From the NCBI RefSeq assembly GCF_001194135.2, contig NC_068981.1, positions 166,044,780-166,108,779 on the forward strand: a stretch of DNA of 64,000 nt, in the 5' to 3' direction. Within the stretch, counting starts at the first letter, position 1, and each line of letters starts with the position of its first letter. The translations under genes and the position numbers were made by a program. This DNA comes from Octopus bimaculoides (taxonomy: Eukaryota). The notes under the pieces are model-generated. The model searched no databases. It was given only the letters and a program-made list of their open reading frames with translations, and was not told the DNA's origin. Of this stretch, positions 24,529 through 37,950 are shown piece after piece.

Positions 24529-25922
24529 GTAAGTAGATTTCTCTTACTAATTGATTTGGTAAATTTTATTGTTATTGTTTAATTCCCATATCAACTCCCA
24601 TCCACCTGATCTATTATTATTATTAAAGATGTGCTAATCATAACCATTGTATTTGTTTGTATATCAGAGACTACATTGTTCGATATATCTTTAAGATGGT
24701 AGGATCTAATTTGAGTGACCTTTTGCTGCTATTTCTTGTAGGTTCAGTGGCCATGTAGAACATTGGTCATTTGCTTGATTGACTTGGTATTAAGAGAAAT
24801 AGTTGCTTGATGCAATCAATTACTGGTCAAGTACTCAATGGCATATTGGTTGCTAGCTGGTCAAACATCTGAATATAACTATCCATACACCATTTTCTTG
24901 TCTAGTTGAGCACCACACACTATATACTCTAGCCTATAGCCATTTATCACATGGTGGACCATGAAAAATACCAATTCATGGCAGAGGATTGACAGAGTTG
25001 TCATAGAATCAGGGGGGATACCTTGCAGCATCCGTTCCAATTCATTGTATCCTGACAGTAATGATATAGATGCCTGGCTATCTTGACCCAAGTCAGCAGC
25101 CTTTCTTTTGGCCACATATAAGTGATATAAAGAGGAGAGACTTACATGCATAAGTAGCTCTGCCAGTCTTTCTAAACAGATCTTGGCCCAGCCTGCTCAA
25201 ACATATGCAAATGCATGGTCAGCCTTGACCGCCAGAGGCCCTAATTTTTTTTTTTTTTTTTTTTTTCACAGACATGTTCTGTATCATATCAGGAACCAGT
25301 TTTTCCAAAGTATTCTCATTAGTCCAGATGCACTATCATGCATTTTAGAATGTTTTCCATTTCTCTCCTCTGCCTAAAATATAAACAAACCTCCTAATCT
25401 TTTCTCTCTTATTTAAACAATGGGATGTGGTAAGGTAGATGATCCTCTATATATTTTATCTATTTTTGTGAAGGAAGTGGAAGAAGAAATGCTCTTAAAT
25501 AATGTATTTATTAGATACAAGACAACATTTTTATCACTGTTGACCTAACTCCACTATGTTACTAATACAGGTACAACTTTGATTCTCCAGAACCTTTTGG
25601 TTTCAAACCCTTTCCAGATTACTGATTTTTCTGAACCAAGGGTGGTCAACACTCTAAATTAAACCAATATTGAATTTTCTGAAAATAATTAAATGAAATA
25701 CAGGCACCTGTACATTAGTATAAATGATACAAGTTTATTAATACTATACTGTACAAGGTACCAGTAAACTAGTTTTGCAGCTGCAAGAATTTGAAGTTCC
25801 TGCTCATAAATTAGTGTGGATTATAAGCAGTTCCAGATCAAATCATCAATATCTGTACTTATTTTATCATCTCCTCTTTATGTACCAACTTTGTAATAAC
25901 CTGCTATTACTTAACATTTCAG

Positions 25923-26069
25923 ACAAATCAAATGTTACAGCGAGCTCCAAGTAATGATGTCCAGCATTTACAAGAAGAACTTATTGCTGTGAAGTTGCGA
26001 GAAGCTGAAGCAAATTTGTCATTGAAGGAACTCCGTATGAAAGTCAATGAGCTTGATCAGTTCTGGGAG
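25923..26069 (+). CDS. EVI5: EVI5-like exon E4 (TNQMLQ...LQEELIAVKLREAEANLSLKELR...FWE)
   Basis: catttcag acceptor, GAG|GTTAGT donor, 147 nt; LQEELIAVKLREAE is the recalled EVI5 motif. Not in the ORF track; found by reading the sequence. Confidence 0.95.
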
Positions 26070-27339
26070 GTTAGTAGCTTGTCTTAATTTACACCAAAAC
26101 GAAATATTGTTCTCTGTTGGTTGTAAAATACATTGCTACAGACAGGATTTATGAAATTCCTGACAACTGAAATACATTTAGACAGCATATGCCAGCATGG
26201 TAAATGATGATGAAGATGGTGTCATGTACACAAAATCTTTTATATCATACACGTTTTGATATAGAAAACATGTCATCATCATCAATATCTTACATCTATT
26301 TTCCCATGCTGACATGTGTTAGACTAGTCTCACAGTTTCTCAGCAACTAGCATAGTCCTTCATTCTTCTGACTCAGCAACAGACCAAATCAGTTAACTCT
26401 GTTACATCTTTACTTTTGACATGGTTTTATAGCTGGATGCTCTTCCTATCACCAACCTCTTAGAGCATGTGGAAGGTGTGTATTGTCTCCATTTGTCCTT
26501 TCCTTTTCAGCATAGTTTTACAGTGGGATACCCTTCCTAACACAAATCACTTTACAGTGTCAGCTATGTTCATACTCATAAAATCCATAACAATTACTAT
26601 ACGTTTAGACTTAGCGAATAATCAAATCTTTGATTAGTATTGATAGTCATTTATGGGTGGTAAATGTCATACAATTCGTCTTCACTTGACTCACTTGTTG
26701 ATATACTGTTGATGAAATGCAAACCCAATAACTTTATCTACTGATATCAGATTCTCCAATATGCTAACAAAGTGTCTTAAAGACAATACAAATCTGATGT
26801 CTGAGTAATAAATGGTTGAGCAAACTACTGACCAGGCATTTGGTTAGATTCTGTTGGCTTGTCAAAACATATCTATTTTATAACTTACTTGCTGCCATAA
26901 ACCTGATATACACAGCTAACTAGCAACTGGTTTATGCCAACTGATGGTCTATGCATGACTTGAAAGAATGCACAGTCTTACAGGTGTGATAATATCTAAG
27001 GTTACAGTTTCACAACTAGCTGCACACAAATTGACAGGGTTATAAGAAAGTACAACATACCTCTTTCTATCTATCTCTTTCCCGCTCACTTGTTCTCTCA
27101 ATTTCTAAACTTGTCTGTTGGGAAGAGGTTGCCATTCATTTAGAATTATTTTCAGGAATTAATCCCATTGGCAGTTTCTGATAACTATTGCAGATAGATG
27201 TGTCTTCTGGATCAAAGATATCTAGTTGTCTGTTTCTTATTTTCAAGAACCTATTGGATAATGATATTCACTCCTGTTTACTGTGTTTGGTTTCATTTTG
27301 TGTGAGCATATGATGCTTTTATACTGATAGTATAAACCC

Positions 27340-27920
27340 TGAAAAGTAAAGTTGACCACAGTGGCATTTGAACTCAGAAAGTGAAGAGCTGAAAAAAATG
27401 CTGTTTAGCATTTTCTCCAACACATGAACAATTCTGCTAACTCACTGCCTTAAAACTAATAATAATGATAATAATAATAATAATAATAATAATAATTATT
27501 ATTATTATTATTATTATACTGCTGCTTTAGGGCACAAAGACAGAAATTTTAGAAGAGTGGAGGTTAATTGATTACCCCACCTCACTCCCCACTAGTGTAC
27601 TTAGCTGGTACTTTATTTTATTGACTCCAGAGAGATGAAAGGCAAAATTGACTCAGAACAAAAACGAAAAACGTAGCAGTCAAAATATGACAAGATACTT
27701 TGATGCATTTACAATTCTACCTAATAATAATAATAATAATTTCAAATTTTGACAAAAGGCCAGCAATTTTGAGGGAGAGGATAAGTCAACTACATCGATC
27801 CCCCAATGTTCAACTGGTACTTTTTTTATCAACCTTGAAAGGATGAAAGGCAGTCAACTTTGGTGGAATTCGAACTCAGAACGTAATGATGGACAAATTG
27901 CCACTAAGCATTTTGACCAG
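27340..27920 (-). mobile_element. Three decayed minus-strand SINE copies of the 31240 family
   Basis: Repeated gatgaaaggc..a.ttgac...atttgaactcagaa motifs with (AAT)n spacers. Confidence 0.75.
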
Positions 27921-27922
27921 TT

Positions 27923-28011
27923 TGTATTTCTTTTTATTTGTGTATTGAAATAGTGTATTTCTTTTTATTTGTGTATTGAAATAGTGTATTTCTTTTTATT
28001 TGTGTATTGAA
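27923..28011. repeat. 31 bp tandem repeat, ~2.9 copies
   Basis: tgtatttctttttatttgtgtattgaaatag recurs at 27923, 27954 and 27985. Confidence 0.95.
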
Positions 28012-28102
28012 TTATTCCTTTTGTTTTTCTTTACTATCATAAAATATTGTTTTCATTTTTTTATTTTTTATAATAAACTCTAATTTTCCATTACTCCTAC
28101 AG

Positions 28103-28267
28103 AAACATTGTATGAATAACTTTTCACCAAATGTTTCTGAAGTGAAAAATTGCAAACATGAAGTGCGGATTCTCCAAGAAGAATTGATGACAGTAAGGAT
28201 AAGGGAAGCCCAGTCTCTCTCAGCTCTGAAAGAGATGAAACAAAAAGTGATGGAACTGGAAACACAG
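28103..28267 (+). CDS. EVI5: EVI5-like exon E5 (KHCMNN...LQEELMTVRIREAQ...MELETQ)
   Basis: ctcctacag acceptor, CAG|GTAAAG donor, 165 nt; matches EVI5 LQDELMTIRLREAE...MEMETQ. Confidence 0.94.
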
Positions 28268-29319
28268 GTAAAGACATGAAAAGGAGCAATTCACACTCTC
28301 TCCCCTTCTAAAATTAACATGACACTCCACTATATCCAGCCTTCCAATCACCATAGTGTTCTCGTTGTAATGTTCTGAAGCAACAAACAAAATTACATGT
28401 AGAAAAAGAAAATTTTTGTCCACTTCTCTAACTTTGTCTCAGTAATGTAAATTCCAGTCCTAGTTGCTGTTAACTTAGATATGATCTTTTTACTTTTGTT
28501 TGAATCTTCTCATTTAATTTAATGAGAATAATATCATTCCTGCCCATATTAGCATAATAAAATTTGTAAAGACTTACAATTGCACAATCACGTCCCAACC
28601 AGTTGATTTCTTTGAAGTGTGTGTAGTATGTTTGAATTCTAATATTTCAATATAGAAGTATGAGTGCTTTGAAAAGCTGTTTTCAGAATGCTAAATCATG
28701 AAACTTATGTTACCAGTAATGTTCATGATGTTTTTGTAATTCTGTGTGGTATGAGACAAAGACAGATATAAAAAAAAAAAGGGGATATTTTCTGTGTCTC
28801 TATAGTATTACTAAATATTAATGTCAGCTAATTTAAGGACAGTTATCTTGATTTATTTAATCACTTGCTATATACATACTTATAGAACACTTTTTTTTTT
28901 TAAATGATAAGTTTAATTTCAAAGATTTTGAATTACCCTAATGTAATTATTGACAGTAACGATTACACAATAAAAATAAACGTTATTTAATTTTAAAATA
29001 TTTAAGACATTTGTTTTCAATAAAATGGAATGTTAATCAAGAAAAATGAAATCATATTTTACTATTATGAGGCTGAATACCCAAAATTTCTCAAAGAAGG
29101 ATCACGTCAAGTTTGATGATCAAATCTGGAATATCTTTCCATTTTTTTACTATATAATGATGCAATTTGCTCAGATCCTGTATTTCCTTTGTTGTATACT
29201 CGTCTTGACCAATTTTTATAAGTTTTTCTATTCAATTTAAATTTAAGGATTTTGTTGGTGATTGAGGCATTTGGATTTTCTTGCAATTGATAAATTCTTT
29301 GATTACTTTTGAAGTATGC

Positions 29320-29845
29320 TTTAGATTGTTGTCATGCCAAAATATCCATGATTGACCCAAATAACTGTTAGCATTTGGAAGCATAGTTGCTCTAAGGTCT
29401 CTACATAGGATGTCCTGTTCGTAATGTCTTTGATATATGAGACTAAACCTATTTTGTAGATATGCAGTATGACATTACCCTCACTATGCATAACTGTTGG
29501 ACTCTTGCAGATTGAGTGAAATCCATTTCCTATGCAATGTTGGACATACACTCAAATGTCAGAGCCAAATTTAATTGAATTTTGACTCATCTGATCCAGA
29601 GATTTTTTTTTTTTTTTTTTTTTAATAGTCTGATGATGTTCAATTCTTATGCTTCTGAGCAAATTGACTGCAAACACCCCTTTTTCTTCAAAGAAATATT
29701 AGCTTTTGTACATACAATATGTCTCACAAACAAATACTGCTTTAGTTGGCTTTTGATGATGTCGCCACCAATCTTCATATAACATTTCTGTCAAATGTCA
29801 TGCAAAATATTGACAACAGTCATTTTCCTGGTCTTCATCAATAAA
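29320..29845 (-). mobile_element. Possible very decayed P-element/THAP9-type transposase remnant
   Basis: Weak resemblance of HDI*QKCYMKIGGDIIKS and CIGNGFHSI...HSEGNV to recalled P-like motifs; many stops. Confidence 0.25.
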
Positions 29846-30044
29846 NNNNNNNNNNNNNNNNNNNNNNNNNNNNNNNNNNNNNNNNNNNNNNNNNNNNNNN
29901 NNNNNNNNNNNNNNNNNNNNNNNNNNNNNNNNNNNNNNNNNNNNNNNNNNNNNNNNNNNNNNNNNNNNNNNNNNNNNNNNNNNNNNNNNNNNNNNNNNNN
30001 NNNNNNNNNNNNNNNNNNNNNNNNNNNNNNNNNNNNNNNNNNNN
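29846..30044. other. Assembly gap (others: 19762-19774, 21199-21208, 33023-33095, 43480-43726, 57883-57998)
   Basis: Runs of N. Confidence 0.99.
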
Positions 30045-31239
30045 ATTCCCAGATCTTATAGAGTCAGAATAGCTACAAGTTTTATTGAAGATGTTTTCAG
30101 CTTAGCAAGCAATGATTATTAAGTATTCAACTTCAACAGCTATAAACTCAAAATCTCCACTTCGGCTCAATCAAGCTGCACAATTCTCAGTTGCATTTCT
30201 GTTGTACTTTTTTTTAATACCCATCACAACAGATCTTATGAACAATATAATCATATAATTATTAACAGTTTGTCTTACTTAGAATATAGTATTGAATATT
30301 AAAGTACTTTTTTCCCAAAATGTTTTTAAATTAAGTAGTGTTCATTTTTGTAGTTTGATTAGTGCTGTTATTAATTTGCATGTTTAAACTTGCATAATTT
30401 AAAAGAGTAAAAAGTTTCTTTCTCTTCATATATAGTTTAAGTGGTAAATGATTAAATAAATGGAAGGAACTGACATTTAGTTTTCAGTATATTCTTGTCC
30501 TTAAACTAAGTGACTCTATATACTTTTTTTATATAAGTATATAGGCATAAATGATTTTGTGCATGCATGTGTGTGTGTGTGTATATATATATAAAGCTTT
30601 ATAAGAAGAAAGCTGACTGTCAACCTTTTCCTTGTAAAAGTTAATAAATATGTACTCTACAAAAAAGGATTGAGTAATCCTTCAGTTAAATGTTAAATTG
30701 TTTTTATATAATTTCACATAAAATACAGAAACACACGATATTCAATGCTTTATATAGCCTACACACATTTCACCAAATTATTGTCAAGATTGCATAATTG
30801 TTGTTGAAACATAATCTTGCAAAATACTTCTTCAGTGCTCAGCACTGCACTGGATTTAGGAGTGGAGTGTGGGGTCCTCTACTGAGCCCAATCTCAGTTC
30901 AACAAAGAGAATTTCTAACACCTTGATATCACCCAGATTACTTAATAAGGCCCTTATTTTGGCTATAAAGATTTCATATATCACACAAGATGAGATTAAT
31001 ATTATTCTGTTGGCTAGGAGTACTCTAATTTCTTTTCAAGGTGACCTTTGGCATAGGCACTTCTAGGACCAATGAGTTTGACATAATAGGGTTTTTTGGA
31101 TTCCACCCAGGTTACTGAGCTTGTTGGTTTATATGTACTCTACCATCCGAGGGAGAGTATTCCAAATCTGGGGTGGGAAGGGGCAGACTTTAGCATGGAA
31201 AGCAGACGTTAAATGATGATGATGATGGTGATCTCTCCT

Positions 31240-31458
31240 GAAGGCGGCGAGCTGGCAGAAACGTTAGCACAATGGGCGAAATGCTTAGCGGTATCTCATC
31301 TGCCGTTACGTCCTGGGTTCAAATTCCGCCAAGGTCGACTTTGCCTTTCATCCTTCCGGGGTCGATAAATTAAGTACCAGTTATGCACTGGGGTCGATGT
31401 AATCGACTTCCCTTTGTTTGTCCCCTCTATGTTTAGCCCCTTGTGGGCAATAAAGAAT
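31240..31458 (+). mobile_element. Young full-length tRNA-derived SINE with a Meta/MESC-like central domain
   Basis: gaaggcggcgagctggcagaa head, gggttcaaattcc B-box, gtcgactttgcctttcatcc...ggggtcgataaa..aagtaccag core; CpGs retained. Domain name is from recall. Confidence 0.85.
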
Positions 31459-32880
31459 TTGATGATCTCTCCTTATCACTTCTTAATGTTCCCTGTATGT
31501 GCTGGAGAGGCTTAGAAAACATCTCCACACTTTTTTCCAAAGCTCCAGTCTTTGGGTGTCTTTTGCGAAATAGAGTAAGAAGTTCCAGTTTTCTAGACAT
31601 AACATATCTAAATCCAGGACTATGTTATACATACTTCAAACCTACAAAAGCTTCAATAATGTTCAAAGACATTCTTGCCATCCCAGTTGTGCCGTTGGCA
31701 AATTAGTTCAGAATATCTTAATTAGGGCCTCCAACCTTTCTACTAACAAACATATCTTCTACAAAAGGTATTGTTGAACACTGAAGAAGTGAGTTGTCAG
31801 GTTATATAATGTTTCAATTGCAATTATGTAATCATGACAGTAATTTGACAAAATGTGTGTATGCTTTATAATGCATTGACTACCATACCAGGTTTTTGTT
31901 TGTTATTAATACTATAACATGGCTCATTATTCCACACACTAGCTTATCTCAAGGTTTGATGTCCCACATCATACCACACTGGCTGTAGGAATGGAGTGTG
32001 GGACCCTCCACGAGCCCAAACTTTGGTTACATATTGCACTTCACTACATATATTCTATAATGTGTGTGTGTGTGTGTATATAACTGGTGTATTTATGCAT
32101 TTGGATAGCAGAAACATATCTTTACACTAGCATACAAGTTTGTATTGTATGTATGAAACATTTTTTAATTGTTTGATTGTTTATGATATTGTTGTAAGTA
32201 CTGCAATATGGCACTAAGTTCTCTATAATGTGACTTAGATTTTTCATTAAGAACCACTTCATATGTGACATAATTAGCTTTGGTAAAGGTGTAAAGATCA
32301 CAGTCTTCTGTTACCATCTCCCACCTATAAATTTGATGTAGAAAAGATTTTAGAAGTTTATTGGTGCAGATCTACTAACAAGCATTTGTGTGTGAATTTT
32401 AGTGCTTTATTTAAAGACATTAGGAGAATGTAATATGAGAAAGAAACTAAAATTATGAACCTATGAAACAAGTAACATCTTCAGGTCAAATTTGTTTATA
32501 ATGTTAATATTTGTGCCCCACCCTGCCATTCCTCCATATGTTTTTTACTGACTTTTTCAATTGACTGCCATTGACAAGCACTTTCTTTGCTAGTAGCTGT
32601 TTCCTAGTTATCTTTTAAAATGGGCAAATGCTTTCTATTGTGGCCTCAGGAGGACCAAGGCCTTGTGTGTTGAAAAATTTGGTTGATGGAAACATATGAA
32701 AGCCTGATGTGTGTGTGGGGGGGTCTGTTTATGTTCACTGGTCTTAATCAGTGCCAAGATGCACCCTGTTGTGCCAGTAACTGAAACTTTGTTATAATAG
32801 ATATTAATAAATTAAGTTTAGTGCATTAGTTCAACAAGCACACACAAGTGTGTGTGTCAGTTTGTTGTACCTACATTTCC

Positions 32881-32940
<60 letters not shown>

Positions 32941-33129
32941 ACATAAATGTTATCATCTGCATCCACCAACTCTTAGATTGTTGAGGTTCATCCAACAATT
33001 TTTTTACCATTTTTTTTTTTTTNNNNNNNNNNNNNNNNNNNNNNNNNNNNNNNNNNNNNNNNNNNNNNNNNNNNNNNNNNNNNNNNNNNNNNNNNTCTTC
33101 AATCCTGTTATCTCCAAGATGATATCCAA

Positions 33130-34930
33130 CCCAGGCTTTCCTAGTCCTTTTTGTAGAAGCTTTCCCACTGATCAAAAAATTTTCTAGAGACCAATGACAT
33201 GCCAAAATTTCTAAGATTTTTTGCATGTTTTGGGGAATATTGAAGTGTGCAGCTATTTTGAAATTGATGTGTTTTTTTGTTTTTTTTTTCCTGAATGAAG
33301 TCTTTAAAGAAGTAACAAAAGACTTTGCTATTACAATTCTTTTTATTTCTTTCCTGTCATTACTCTGATTTGTAAAAATATTTCCAATTTTACAAAACTT
33401 ATACATGACTGTGATAGTTTGTTATCAGTGGTAAAGGATTATTTTGATCATTATGTTTGTAAGATAATCATTGATTTAGTTGTGTCAAATTTAATGAATT
33501 CTCCTTTATTTTATTCGACTAAATCTCAATTCTCTTTAGCTTCTCGTAGTAAGAACAGCATCAGTATACCTGTGATTCATGACCATTTTTAGCTTTACCT
33601 TCAAAACATAGATCTGTCCTCATTACGCTCTGCATAGATGTTAAACTAAGAAGGAATAAGAGTACTTTCTTGCCATACCCCAACCACTCAATCTCAAATC
33701 ATTCATTCAGTAAAGCCCACATTTAGTTTTGACAGCTGCTGTTTTGCTGAGAATAAAGTGATAGTAATAAGTCTATAAAATGTTGTGTGACTGTCAGTGA
33801 CCATAATTGTCATCAATAACTGTGTTGAAAAATTTTTGATACTCAATAGAAGCAATAAAAAATTCATCGGGCTCTCTAGTTTTCTGAATCATCTTTAGAT
33901 TAGAAACAACATTCTTCGGGGTTTTTTTCAATACCATCATAAATTTTGATACTTTCTTGCTTATCTTTTTTCCACAATGGTTTGAATTTAATATCATTTA
34001 TTAAATTCTGATGTTCTATCACTGGTTTTTATAGCTCTTTGTTCAATTTTATCAAATGTCTCCTCTGTTAACCACTTCACTGTTTTGTTGTTGTTGTTGT
34101 TGTTGTTGTTCTTTGGTAATATTTTTTCTGCTACTTCTGCAATTGCATTTTTAGCTTTATTCCAGTTCTTCTGAGTTTTTTTTTTCCTTCACATTACCTA
34201 AGTTCTTTATATTTTATTAAAGAAATTCCAACCTTATATTCATTTCAAATGCTTTACAAGCTTACATCTTCTTGGTATTTCAATCTTTTTATTGATGTTA
34301 GGATGCAATTTAACTTTCACAAACAAATAAATTAGTGGTTACTGTTGCAGCCAGCACCTGGATATGTTTTACCTTTTTTAACGCTATTTTTCCACTACTG
34401 TTGCATTATAAAATAATGTATCTGACTATGAACATTGTAATAAATCAAAATTCAAGTGTAAGAGCATCTATGATGCAGTTAAAACCATTTATTAGAAATC
34501 ATCTAAACAGCTTCTTAACCAAAATTGCCCAAAGCTGTTGATTTTGTTTTAGTTTTCTTCACCTCAGCATATCTCCAATCAGAATGGCAATATCTTTTAG
34601 GGATGAGATCAGTTTCTTAAAGTACATCGTAGAATCTATCTATCACACCCTTAATTGTGATAGAGTATAAGAAATGGTTGTGAGGTTAAAGGTTTTCTTC
34701 TAAGTCTGATCTTGATTATCCTATTGTTAACTGGTTTATTTCCAGACAAAGACCTTATGATAGTTATATTCAGAATAACAACAATCCCATATCCATTACC
34801 ACTGTTGTTTTTAGAGAAAATTTTACCATTGTCTGTTGTAAAATAGTGCTTCTCTGTTTGTCTTGTTTCTGAAAGTTCAGCCAAAGATATTTCATAACTG
34901 TTCCTATTATTGCATATTAGTTATAGTCTA
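33130..34930 (-). mobile_element. Decayed RTE-clade LINE (APE endonuclease plus C-terminal remnants, RT core missing)
   Basis: LSETRQTEK...GYGIVVILN...PVNNRIIKIRL; KTYPGAGCNSNH (APE C-terminal motif); IGNIFTN..DRKEIKRIVIAKS. Confidence 0.75.
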
Positions 34931-36879
34931 CCAATTTGATGTAAATGTCTTATTCCAGGTGTCAATTTTCATTTCATGTCTAAGGTTGGGTTTGAAATTT
35001 TGATCAAAACATCAAGTTAACATTGCTTTCTTGATTTCTTGTGCTAACCTCGGCCCCAATAATTAAACAGATATCAAGGCTGTCTACAAATCTCAACTTG
35101 CAACATCATAATGAGATTTCTTTGGAGATTCTTTGTCATTTCAATCCCTCTGAAGAACTTGAAAAAAGTGTATGTGTGTGTGTGTTTTAGTAGGGTCTCT
35201 TATCCTTTATGACTTTCTTCCAACAAGAGTGTTTAGTCACTGCTACTATCTTATAAATCTAAGATAATGGTTCTGTATTAGAATGTCCTTGTTTTAGATT
35301 ACTTAAAATCCAAGACTAATATGCCTAATCTCTCCTGAGATGGATTTTGAATATGAAGATTTTATCTCACGCCAAGATATTAACAAATAGCTAAAGTTAG
35401 CATCCAGAGCCAGTTAGTCACAGTTAGTTCCTCTTCTTCCTGCACAGCTCTTGCTTGCTTAACTATTATCATTTCTGTGTGGACTTACCTAATTATAGGA
35501 GCATTGGCTGAAAATCAATGATGTGAGGCTTTGTTGAGAGAGTTAAAGACAGCAGAGTGCTAGTTTTGTGTACATGCATGTGTTTGTGTGCCTGCATGTG
35601 TGTGTGTTCAATGAGATTTTTATTATTTGAGAATGAAACCAAGAAATGGTTTTATCAAGTAGTGGTTGAAAGTCTTTGTCAGATTGTTTAGAGTTACAAA
35701 ATTCTCTTGGTTGTAGACTTCATTGCTAGAGTGGAACAGAACAACAGGCTATGGTGGAGAATATTTGGTGATTGTGATATTAACAAGATAAATACAATTG
35801 GTACAATGCTACTTTGTGTTTGCCTTAAACATAACCTCACTATAACCAGCACCTTTCTTCCAGCAGACCAAAAAATATTTGTTCCGAGCATTGTCACGTG
35901 ATTGATTTTTTTTTTGTGAGATGTAATGGCATTAAAAATGTTTCCATTGCCCATACCATCAGAGGCGCAGAGTCCTGGACCAGCCATTGAAAGAGTGTGG
36001 CCAAGTTCCATATGAAAATGCATCCTCCCTTGAGGCTACAGAAGCCTTACAAAAAGACACTAAATTACAACTGCCTATGAAACACATGAAATTAGTATTA
36101 ATGCCTCAGAACTGAGAAATTAAGAGTGTTGGAATTTTGTCTAAGTTCAAAAAATACTGTGAAACGACATTGGACCTATATCAGTTCTCCTTTCCATTAG
36201 GCAGTAGCATAAGAACCACCAAGATTGGTTTGAAGATATCTTGGATATCATCCAGAACTTGTTTAAGGGCATGCACCAAGCACACCTAGCAACTTTGGGC
36301 AGCCCTTCACCCAGTGATGCCAAGCAGCATTTGTAGATAATCTGGAGGAAATTGCCAATGTCATATGAAATCTTGTTCCTTGCCAATAAAATATAATCTG
36401 CATAATTTTTATAATGCTAACAAAACATTCTACAAGCCTAATAAACCACTGCATCATTCTGAAAATTGCAAGTAGGCAGGTAGTCTGGCACTTCTGGAGA
36501 ATCAGAGTAGCATCTGACTATGCAGGTTAAATTTTTTTTTTTTTCCCTTTATTGAAACTAATACAATCCATATCAGAAACATAGAGTGCACTTCCCACTA
36601 GCACAGAGTGGAACACTGAAGCAAGATTGTCTAGTAACTACAAAACAAAGATTAAACTGAACAAACAAATCTGAATATCATTAGAAGCTATATTCAGTCC
36701 ATAATTTTAACATACTGCTTAACTAGAACTCTGGTGAATTTCCTCCAGTTTGCAATCTCATTCTACCACAAAACTTTCCAGGAGTTTTAGCACTGTCTGT
36801 TCTCTTATGGACAAGTCCTTTGGTACTTATAATAAGGGAAGGTACATGTATATGCTCACCATCTACTAATACATTACTA

Positions 36880-37950
36880 AGGCTTGGATTCATGAGAGCA
36901 TTTCACGGCAATGGAAAAACGCAAGCATCGTTAACATTTATAAGAACAAAAGTGACAAGGCTATCTGTTGCAATATAAGTGGCACTAGAATTACAGTGTG
37001 GATTTAGGATAAAGAGCACAACACGGTCTTCGCAGCTGGCAGCTTCAGGAAAAGAGACGGGAGAAGCATCTAGACCTGTTTATGGCCATTGTTGACCTTT
37101 TCAAAACATTCAAAGTGTGCCATTTTGAGATGTCCTCTTCAGGTTTGACTGTCCCAATAATATTTAATTTGTCAGCCAGTAACACTATGAAATGAATATT
37201 CAGGTGATCATGTGATAACAAGAATTCAAGTTCTGCCTTTTATGCACAGAGGTATGTACTGACATCAATGGTCTTTAACATATTCCTCCTGTGCATCAAC
37301 AGGTTTTACAACAAAATCAAGAACAGCAATAGTAGACAACCTCTTAAGAATCAGAAGACTCCATGCAAACACCAAACTGCACAGTGCAGTATGCAGACAG
37401 CTGTGTTCCTGTAGCCCATTCTGAGGAGGACCTTCAGACCATTCTTGCTCTAGTTGTAGGAGCATACAACAGTATAGAGCTATCTGTGTACACCACAAAG
37501 ACAAGTGATCTAGCAATGGAGCGCCACTGGCAGATCATTTCTGATGATAAACTGATAAACAGCAGTTAGTAATGCTGTCTTTGAAATATCTACATCATTG
37601 TCTCTGATAATGTTAGTATTGATAATGACATCCTGAGCTGCATAATACAGGCTTCAGATAACTTTAAGAGATTTCAACTTTGGTATCTTTCAAAACAAAT
37701 GATTCATTCTTCCACAGTTTCCGTTGTATACCTAAGGGTCTGTATTACCACAACCTATAAATGTAAGATTTAAGTGGCCTACATTCGTTACATTAGGTAT
37801 TTGGAACATTTCCTCATTAGCTACCTCCAGTCCATACTGGACGTTATCTGACCAAACTGTGTGCCTCACATAGAAATATTTGCAAAAGTATTGGGGCCAT
37901 TATCATCTAGTGCCAGTTAGGTCATCATGGCCTCATGATATAATGATCAT
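36880..37950 (+). mobile_element. Decayed RTE (BovB-like) reverse-transcriptase remnant
   Basis: WKNASIVNIYKNKSDKAIC; QLQEKRREKHLDLFMAIVDL; QYADSCVPVAHSEEDLQ (degenerate YADD). Confidence 0.82.
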
